Below, piece after piece: positions 23,401-27,600 of a stretch of DNA of 32,000 nucleotides; position 1 is the first letter of the stretch, and each line of letters starts with the position of its first letter. The notes below the pieces were generated by a model. That model was not told the DNA's origin. It did not search any database and saw nothing but the letters and a program-made list of their open reading frames with translations. The stretch covers positions 660,001 through 692,000 of the forward strand of contig CP064964.1 of the NCBI GenBank assembly GCA_016699205.1, in the 5' to 3' direction. Source of the stretch: Candidatus Saccharimonadota bacterium (GTDB taxonomy: Bacteria > Patescibacteriota > Patescibacteriia > 2-12-FULL-60-25). The position numbers were made by a program, and so were the translations under genes.

Positions 23401-24261
23401 CTGATTGAAGGTGAATTGGTGACGGTAAGCAGCGAGGGCGGACTCGCTATTGAGCGCGCTAGCGGCAACCAGAAGCCGTTCATGGGAATTGTCTCGACCA
23501 AGCCGGGCTTTGTTCTTGGCAAGCACTCGACGAGCACGTATCCGGTGGCGTTGGCTGGACGTGTTCCGACCAAGGTTTCGGATGCCAATGGTCCGATTGC
23601 TATCGGTGATCAGCTTACGGCTTCTGCTGACAATGCCGGTATCGCGGTTAAGGCTACGGGTGCCGGATATGTGGTCGGTATGGCTCTTGAGGCTTATCCG
23701 GGCGGCGACGATGACATGATCGAGGTGTTTGTACAGCCGGGTTGGACCAATGGTGATGGTTCAGTGATGCCGTCAGCTCCTTCATCGGGTGGCGGATCGA
23801 GCGCTCCGGCTGGAGTCACGACGGTTAAGCGCGGATTCGGTGATATCGCTGCCGGCGGAACTAAAGTGACCATCGAGTTTGATTCCATCGGTGCTTATCC
23901 GAATATCCAGGTAACGCAGTATGCCGGAGTTGAGGGCGGCTGGTATCTCAACAATGTGACGGACCATGGATTCGAGATCGTCTTGAATCAGGTTCAGTCC
24001 CATGATGTCCGCTTCGCCTGGAGAGTCGAGCCGACTCAAGCAGGGGAACAGGTCTACTATTCGGACAATACGCATGGCGCTATCGACTACCTGACCGGCA
24101 TTGGTCCGGGTACAGGAGTCGGGACCACGAGCTCGGATCCAGGTACTGATCCTGGGACCAGCTCGGGAACTGACCCGGGTACAGATCCAGGCTCCGGCAG
24201 CTCGACTGACCCCGGCACCGACCCAGGATCAGGCAGCTCAACAGACCCAGGCGCCCCTTAA
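14311..24261 (+). CDS. Gene 1, ORF fragment 6 of 6 (3316 aa in track; meaningful coding from about 14227): YVTN-like propeller, LVIVD propellers 3-7 and the C-terminal region
   Basis: Frame 1. The ATG at 14311 is the internal Met of ...ESIGGGMVSLEAPNTANTESF, which is also present at 7936 and 9988. The ORF is uninterrupted to the TAA at 24259-24261 and is followed by an intrinsic terminator. Confidence 0.9.
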   Translation: MVSLEAPNTANTESFVLPFADGASSTVIGTNGTGILTFVSVCLTDGTNCPASSGGADLNWTFNLAGDFVRNATGTTDIAIGSSTLGNAPFVFLNNTTTSRFLIGQNSSTGAGADLVIGATTSSGMNTLFQLTGDDLFVAGNIGSASSVYTNGAFIAGPGSTYYGNGYINKNDGSLRLSASLGIVASSRLDARYLNRWFLSPLLKTAVNGGKSVRVPVGNSPTSAAFDGSHMWVVNAASNNVSKIDITTNTVVATTTVGTNPVDIAFDGTYMWVVNQSFGNVSKIDITTNTVVATTTVGTGPNAVAFDGTHMWVANTGSNNVSKIDITTNTVVATTTVGAGPSGIAFDGSHMWVANTTSANANKIEIVNNTVVATTTVGTGALGIAFDGSHMWVANQTQDTISKIDISTNTVVATTTGASPNSLAFDGTHMWVTKGIAADVIKIDVNTNAAVVVTSTGSLAPNGIAFDGTHMWVTNGGNNNVIKLPVGGGNGANMNFGVNLVPTSNDTFDLGTSALEFRNGFFSGTVSTTNVTVGGFNVCLSNGTNCPASSGTETLQSVTARGSFTTTTAQFFGGFVAASSSVTGTLNVVGSLNVLGRSTNRVVFETPLEQYVTATTMFTTMSTSTLGDDPNKVIVQGNYAYILASIGTPRLLIADVTNPSVVQNISTTTLTGGSSWVDLAVSGDYAYTVDYAGNFNVIDVSNRKTPRQVSNINTLSGPGEVEVVGSYAYITEWNGGRIAIIDISSSTNPVIVGQGPADIFPWGIEIQGKYAYTIGYYASEPFSIYDVSSSTNPVRLASTAALSNLGGNGQDPLRVQGRYAYVGSSASNNFYVIDIVSSTNPIIVFQGAVTSTAISNFRGMSVNGDYAYVSEDGAGEMHVIDLSNPRYPRYAKTHAYAPHTSNKGIDVAGRYAYVLHDGSSDAMSVIRIGGMETNALLAHSMEVGTLNVLSTADFQNFVTIGTGLYVGNSGIRSEGAITVGGVKVCLEDGTNCPGGSSGGSDTLQSVTARGSFTTTTVQLYGGFTASSGTVTSTLQVGGLLTFTTAWSPSGTIAVVGSTSTPSGAFEAVMQGKYVYTTTNSATNGLYVTDVSNPYKPRTVGHLSLFDDSNDFDVSGRYAYVADSASNILTIDISNPARPFVAATTTLSAAAITDIDVVGPYLYELQVSSNFLDIYDISNPLDMRLVGRVDHGSIGADELRVVDGYAYIHTQVNGIEIIDVKDPSKPVIVDTLDYTANAFRGFDVSGAYLYALANDTLHILDISNPTNARVVSTSTGFSASGNGAVRIAGNTLYVGNDNNFHIVDVSSSTRPIVRNSGAVGTGSGIVSIIPSGRFVIVQAEELNVVDVGGIDVSGARIGGAYIGQAYIAENVTVGQNASIQGGLNVGMNGIMSLGAIGVMATNTTSTFWGTVSTTRLFVSGREVCLADGTSCSFSGGYGADVNWIYSASGDFMRTTTGSTDVIIGNTTIATAPFRFDVQTTSSRLIIGQNSNDQTRADLVIGATTSSGMNTAFQLTGDDLFVAGNIGSASSVYTNGAFIAGSGSTLYGDGYIARTTGDIVVSASSNVFRPSANNTLNLGSVTSSFRNIYASGTIAFGTASGSALNLVNPVFTLATSSNFTTFPTGVAVRNNIAYLADSNFVALDVSNPSNPTLISTLASVNASDLTLAGDYAYVAADGLKIIDISRPGRPVQVGYYANGLGSTKPVISGQYAYMGGQDFQIVDISSPTAPTSTAIVTLTGSVGGVDVQGKFAYVANDTTFRIYDITDPSNPTATGTLGGFNNLGTVIVSGQYAYVVNDGADVVSIDISNPAAPVSLDTYSPVISLQLNDITLSGRYLYLSKHVDGIEVLDITDPNGLIKIAEYNTPGAAFGMMISGKYLYVADFGSGLAILDLGGADISSAKIGSLEMGSGQVLNNLDIGGRLNVAGGILAGIEGVFSRGPLVGSSVIVGATSFATSSRTSLLGTTANLSVHNEVAVISQGFVTPELRLYDVSQPKNPTLLSSILASTAGSEVIIKGDYVYEVDTTIRAIDVSSPSYPVVVASTTLLAPYSAFISGPYLYAAQDAGLAIFDISDSQSIEYLDTAPLPNVGLVGSNQRNGLYVRERFAYVTDIGADNFHIVDIHDPYNATSVGYITGFSNPQEVVVSEGYAYVVESSSSELNVINISSSTGPFIARTISSVQAGPTDLALAGNYLFVGGSSGVTVFDVSSSTNPLQVATVRAGSVVDLQIEGKTLHVTTASNYLMYDIPGLVAPAMLVGSVQAGTGLIENDFTIGNQLYVGGGIHAGGSIMARGSISASDIDVSGFGSATAVRTVRVASQSVYAAGDYVYTTNDASTRVHQISIANPEFATNTAAGVLSSASGRDLFVAGGYLYVAQGTNGLAIFSTENATGVLRQISTTTGLGTAHEVFVSGRYAYIAALGTGVEVVDVGNPYTPVLKETFDGSGTNSSQGVYLQDRYLYVGDGADGLRILDASDPVDLRQIGILNTAGSAEKVFVSEGIAYVTDDTNGLVIVDVSNPASPRLLSTVPPISSGNISNVTKAGDYLYVTSDTGLGSVDNFRVFDVSSSTRPVLVWGFNGPGSPAGVDVKGRYAYVGDGELLHVIRLPGVDAPSANIGSLFTGQLNVAEGADIGSYLNVKTGLSVGNGGIQVQGPSTITGSSTDAILRVRNAYNSSTTPYTAWGILVDSIAVSPSFNVPPANRDSWSMYIDYSSSSNRGGLCVDDAITGGGCPISNIGGRSIMTDAGITANAFDLAERYSVSGTAEGGDLLVLETSTSTMVTKHSGTMYDPKLIGIVSLNPGFELGWFNPSSTDVAVALTGRVPTKISMNNGPVQIGDPLTSSDVPGYAMKATKPGMIIGHALQSASATGTAEVFVAVGYWAGSIFNTDGTVALQTDDLTIDAVSIASSTNIAVDSWGLSFRGAAWDEASSTVVTSSFTLLNDVITASSSMFTIQNTSGTSVFSIDEFGKATINGDLSIAGKLYPSARGTVQSEYYIFLDDMLGPTSTYMSTNADGWQSEGSYDLAERYVSEQPLIEGELVTVSSEGGLAIERASGNQKPFMGIVSTKPGFVLGKHSTSTYPVALAGRVPTKVSDANGPIAIGDQLTASADNAGIAVKATGAGYVVGMALEAYPGGDDDMIEVFVQPGWTNGDGSVMPSAPSSGGGSSAPAGVTTVKRGFGDIAAGGTKVTIEFDSIGAYPNIQVTQYAGVEGGWYLNNVTDHGFEIVLNQVQSHDVRFAWRVEPTQAGEQVYYSDNTHGAIDYLTGIGPGTGVGTTSSDPGTDPGTSSGTDPGTDPGSGSSTDPGTDPGSGSSTDPGAP
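14962..15778 (+). repeat. Seven tandem 120-nt (40-aa) units encoding a YVTN-like/NHL-like 7-blade beta-propeller
   Basis: The phasing is exactly 120 nt: atgtgggt recurs at 15001, 15121, 15241, 15361 and 15481. A 57-nt core (aacgtttccaagattgatattacgaccaataccgttgttgcgacgacgacggttgga) is exact in units 1-3. The peptide pattern G-x-x-P-x-x-[IVA]AFDG[ST][HY]MWV-x-N-x(4)-V-x-KID-x-x-TN-x-VV-x-TT resembles the 40-residue YVTN-family propeller repeat. That assignment is from memory of the family consensus and was not searched. Confidence 0.8.
16128..17106 (+). other. LVIVD-type 7-blade propeller 3 (gene 1; diverged paralogue of propeller 1)
   Basis: It begins PLEQYVTATTMFTTMSTSTLGDDPNKVIVQGNYAYIL and ends ...SVIRIGGME. 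It is colinear with propeller 1 blade by blade. Confidence 0.75.
17450..18360 (+). other. LVIVD-type 7-blade propeller 4 (gene 1)
   Basis: Blades: MQGKYVYTT, VSGRYAYVA, VVGPYLYEL, VVDGYAYIH, VSGAYLYAL, IAGNTLYVG, PSGRFVIVQ. Confidence 0.7.
19120..19995 (+). other. LVIVD-type 7-blade propeller 5 (gene 1); the identical copy in gene 2 is at 28921-29796
   Basis: Blades: VRNNIAYLA, LAGDYAYVA, ISGQYAYMG, VQGKFAYVA, VSGQYAYVV, LSGRYLYLS, ISGKYLYVA. Confidence 0.75.
20181..21057 (+). other. LVIVD-type 7-blade propeller 6 (gene 1), the variable cassette
   Basis: Blades: HNEVAVISQ, IKGDYVYEV, ISGPYLYAA, VRERFAYVT, VSEGYAYVV, LAGNYLFVG, IEGKTLHVT. It is bounded on both sides by sequence identical to gene 2. 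Confidence 0.75.
21235..22131 (+). other. LVIVD-type 7-blade propeller 7 (gene 1); the identical copy in gene 2 is at 31042-31938
   Basis: Blades: AAGDYVYTT, VAGGYLYVA, VSGRYAYIA, LQDRYLYVG, VSEGIAYVT, KAGDYLYVT, VKGRYAYVG. Confidence 0.75.
22558..22940 (+). other. C-terminal module DLAERY-1 (about 125 aa, unknown function)
   Basis: DLAERYSVSGTAEGGDLLVLE...KLIGIVSLNPGFELG...VALTGRVPTKISMNNGPVQIGDPLTSSDVPGYAMKATKPGMIIGHALQS...AEVFVAVGYW. It is colinear with the second copy at 23368-23750. Confidence 0.6.
23368..23750 (+). other. C-terminal module DLAERY-2 (a diverged duplicate of 22558-22940)
   Basis: DLAERYVSEQPLIEGELVTVS...PFMGIVSTKPGFVLG...VALAGRVPTKVSDANGPIAIGDQLTASADNAGIAVKATGAGYVVGMALEA...MIEVFVQPGWT. 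Confidence 0.6.
23820..24070 (+). other. Small C-terminal beta-rich domain, possibly H-type-lectin-like (weak call)
   Basis: VKRGFGDIAAGGTKVTIEFDSIGAYPNIQVTQYAGVEGGWYLNNVTDHGFEIVLNQVQSHDVRFAWRVE. The spacing 'V-x-[VI]-x-F...P-x-[VI]-x-V[TS]...N-V-T-x-x-G-F-x-I...F-x-W-x-[AV]' recalls my memory of the H-type lectin domain pattern. This is unverified. Confidence 0.3.
24121..24258 (+). repeat. Low-complexity (S/G)-TDPG microrepeat forming the extreme C-terminus of gene 1
   Basis: GTTSSDPGTDPGTSSGTDPGTDPGSGSSTDPGTDPGSGSSTDPGAP-stop. The 12-aa unit TDPGTDPGSGSS occurs twice in tandem. Confidence 0.85.
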
Positions 24262-24338
24262 ACCATAAATAGCTCTCTCATATATATAAGCATATGTAGT
24301 ACATCAATAATCCGGTCTTTCCCCAAAGACTTTTAATG

Positions 24339-24377
24339 AAAAGCCTGCCCCAAGACCACAGGGCAGGCTTTTTGCTT
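24339..24377 (+). terminator. Rho-independent terminator of gene 1
   Basis: There is a perfect GC-rich stem, gcctgccc (24343-24350) / gggcaggc (24361-24368), extended by A:T pairs (aaaa/tttt). The loop is 10 nt (caagaccaca), followed by a T-run (ttttt g ctt). It lies 78 nt after the TAA stop. A weaker hairpin, gtcttt-cccc-aaagac + tttt, lies just upstream at 24315-24334. Confidence 0.8.
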
Positions 24378-24424
24378 AAGTACACTTCTTAACAGTTTAT
24401 CCACAGCTTTTTATACTTATTATT

Positions 24425-24506
24425 TTAACTTTAGCTTAGCCATTTTTTACTATATATAGAGCATAAATTCACATAATCGCTTTCTATAAAGCGAAATTTA
24501 TAGAAT
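24425..24506 (+). promoter_or_regulatory. Candidate promoter region for gene 2 in the AT-rich spacer (low confidence)
   Basis: There are two sigma70-like possibilities. One is TTAACT (24425-24430), a 17-nt spacer, then TACTAT (24448-24453). The other is TAGAAT (24501-24506) without a good -35. A 9-bp inverted repeat, ttctataaa (24482-24490) / tttatagaa (24497-24505), overlaps the second -10-like hexamer. I found no clear Shine-Dalgarno sequence within 15 nt of ATG 24556. Confidence 0.25.
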
Positions 24507-24555
24507 AGTAGAGGCTTTTGTTTTCGCACTAGAAAGCAGATTCCACAGCGTTGAC

Positions 24556-24639
24556 ATGCCCCGTTCCCTTCGTCCTTTTTTGATCGCTTTCACCCTCCTT
24601 CTTGGTGGGTTGTTTCTGTCTTCCTCGGCTGTCTTGGCT
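24556..24639 (+). other. Predicted Sec-type signal peptide of gene 2 (28 aa; likely cleavage after VLA)
   Basis: MPRSLRPFLIAFTLLLGGLFLSSSAVLA|APQ. It has a basic n-region (R3, R6), a hydrophobic core and small residues at -3/-1 (A-V-L-A). The cleavage site is judged by eye only. Confidence 0.7.
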
Positions 24640-27600
24640 GCTCCTCAGATCAACAATCAGATCAACTACCAAGCCCGCCTCATGGATAGCTCTGGCTTCC
24701 CGGTGGCTGATGGAAACTACTCCGTCTATCTTTCGTTATACGACGCATCGACTGCAGGTACTCGTCTTTGGACAGCGACCGGTACCTTGGCGACTCCAAC
24801 GCCGCTCACCGTGAATGTCCAGAATGGTCTCTTCACCGTTCTTCTTGGCGATACGTCTGCTGCAGGGGGAAGTCAGAACACGCTCGATACCGTGAACTGG
24901 AACTCCGACCAGCTCTACCTTGGCGTCACTATCAACGCTGATGCTGAAATGAGCCCTCGAAAGCGCTTTGCTTCTGCTCCTCAGGCTTTCAATGCCAGAC
25001 AATTGCAGGGGATGTATGCCTCGAGTACGGCATCCGGGGGGCAAACACTCTTCACCCTCAATCAAACCCAGAACGATGCCGCTACGGGAACCCGTTCCAC
25101 TCTCGATGTTCGATCCAATGGAACCTCTAACTCCAATGACTTCTTGATTCGAGGCATCAATGATGCAAACGCGGTCGTCTTTTCCATCAATCGCCAAGGA
25201 TCAGTCACGTCTACCAATGTTTTTGTCAGTGGCCTGACAAGTTCCACCAACCTGAACGCCAACATCGCTTCCTTTGCGACCGCAACCGTTGCCGGACAGG
25301 GGATTTGTCTCTCCAATGGACAGTTCTGTTCCACGGGATCAGTCGCTGAAGCCGATACGCTTCAGACCGTATCCAATCGCGGAAGCTTTACCACCACCAC
25401 CCTTACCTTGTTTGGCGGGCTTACAACTTCCAACATCACAGCGACGGGTACTCTTAACGTGACGGGTGCTTCAACGCTTGCCGGAGTTACGTTTACGAAT
25501 GCGACGGGCATCAATGCAACGACAACCAATTTGTTTGCAGCGAATCTTCTTTACACGGCGTCGACGGGTACTTCTGCCTTTGTTTCCTCTTTTGGCTTTA
25601 CGACGGCTTCCGGTACCAGCTTCACGGCAAATATCGGTACGTTTGCAACGGCGACCGTGGCAGGACGAGGCGTCTGTCTTTCTGATGGTACTTTCTGTCC
25701 CGCATCGACAACGATTGAGTCTGACACGCTGCTTACTGTATCCAACCGCGGTTCCATTGCTACTTCAACATTGACGCTTTTTGGCGGGTTTGTGGCTGCG
25801 AGCTCGAGTGTGACGGGGACGTTGAATATTTCCGGGTCACTTTCTGTTACTGGAACCTCCAATCTTCAATCCGTTCACTTCACTCATGCGACGGGTACGA
25901 GCGTGACATCGACGAACGTTACGGCCAACATCGCTTCCTTTGCGACAGCGACCGTGGCGGGTCAGGGGATTTGTCTCTCCAATGGCGTGGGTTGTGTGCC
26001 GGCGGCAGGTGAAACCGATACACTTGCCATAGTTACCAACCGTGGTTCATTTGCGACAACTACGGTTACACTTTTTGGTGGACTTACAGTCTCAAACATT
26101 ATTGCGACTGGTACCTTGAACGTGAGCGGGGTGTCTTCTTTAGCTGGTCTTACATTTACGAATGCGACGGGTGTAAACGCTACGACGACGGGATACCTCT
26201 CTTTCAATGTCGCAAGCGGCACAACGTTACTAGCTAATGCACTTAATTTTGGTTCAGGTGCGGGAGGCTCGCTCAATATCACGACAGCGCTTACGGTTAA
26301 CGGTGTTAACGTGTGTTTGCAGGACAATACGAACTGTCCGGTATCGGGAGGGAGTGCTAGCGATGGCAACTGGGTATTCAACTCGAGTACGCAGCAGCTC
26401 TATCAGGTTACGACGACGCTTGATGTCCTGATTGGCGGTTCAAGCCAGCCAAGCTCGCCATTTGTTTTCCTGAATAACACTACTGATTCCCGTTTGGTGG
26501 TCGGTGGCGGAACAGCCTTGGCCGATGTGGTTATTGGCGCGGCGACATCAAGCGGTTTGAATACGGCTTTCCAGTTAACGGGGGACGACTTATTTGTTCA
26601 GGGAAATATTGGATCTGTTTCTTCCGTGTATACAAATGGCGCCTTTATTGCCGGAAGCGGATCAACAGTTTTTGGCAACGGCTATATCAACAAGAATGAT
26701 GGCAATCTCACGATTGATGCTTCTGGAGGTTTCATAACGCCTTCTGTCGATCTAGCCGTAAGTCTTGGATCGGTGACGAACCGTTATAATGGCGTGTTTG
26801 GTAATACAACAAGTACTCACACGACAACGACTAGCTCATTTGTATCGACAATGGGTTTTCAGTCGGCGACAGGTCTAACGCTCATTGCTAATACGGCCAC
26901 GTTTGCCACGGCCACTGTTTCAGGCCAGGCGATCTGTCTATTTAATGGTGTTGGTTGTCCCGTCAACAACGCGCTAACAGAAACCCTTCAGTCTGTTACG
27001 GCCCGCGGCAGCTTCACGACCACCACAGCTCAGTTCTTTGGCGGTTTTGTCGCTGCTTCCTCGAGTGTTACTGGTACGTTTGGGGTTGCAGGATTTTTGA
27101 ATGTAACTGGTTCTATGGACGTTGCTCTTACGGCAACTTCAAATCCTGTCTCGATTAAAGTTTCTTTTCCGAATGCAAATGATCGATCGAGCGGCTTGTC
27201 TATTTCTACTGTCGGGTCTTCAACGGGCTTAATTGCTCAAAAGATTCGAGCTTTTGGTCAGGATTTAAGCGCATTCGCGTTCACTGACGACATTACTGAT
27301 CCTGTTTCAGCGAGTGGCGCATTGGCGTATTACAGTCATACTAGCAATGCCTTTGCTCTTAGTTTGTTGGAGGCTGGTTTATCGATGTCTGATCTCACTC
27401 TCTACAATACGAACAATGGTGGAACCCAAAGTCGTGCCGCGGTAGAGATTAAGAATAATGCCGGTGTTTCATCTACGGCTGCTCTCAGACTGGCTAATGA
27501 CATCGATTCGGCCGGAATCGTACAACATGTCGGCGTTGGTTGTCCTGAGGGCCTTGTGTATGCAGAGCCTGGAAGTATTTTCTTCAACAATGGAGGCACG

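Larger units (their letters stand above)
1..24261 (+). pseudogene. Conceptual single giant gene (more than 8,000 codons in the window) interrupted by five -1 frame losses; it is either frameshift-disrupted or intact with consensus/assembly errors
   Basis: At every ORF break the family peptide continues seamlessly in the next frame (0>2>1>0>2>1). Each break needs one extra base. Four of the five can be compared with sister repeat copies that carry the extra base: tt vs t at 2228, and ccc vs cc at 4512, 13870 and 14226. None of the internal starts has a signal peptide. Confidence 0.7.

Noticed and set aside
24100-24261. A C-terminal cell-surface sorting signal on gene 1 (LPXTG, PEP-CTERM, T9SS CTD, or the beta-barrel of an autotransporter).
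   Set aside because: The protein ends in a hydrophilic TDPG repeat (…STDPGAP-stop). It has no LPXTG-like motif, no hydrophobic segment and no basic tail, and nothing resembles a terminal beta-barrel.
24551-24556. A perfect TTGACA hexamer as a -35 element.
   Set aside because: It abuts and overlaps the ATG start of gene 2 (ttgacATG). It therefore cannot serve that gene, and no divergent gene exists.
24602-24814. The track ORF (70 aa, MVGCFCLPRLSWLLL...) near the start of gene 2.
   Set aside because: It is in frame 2 and lies wholly inside the frame-1 gene that starts at 24556. That gene has a proper signal peptide and family homology, so this ORF is a shadow.
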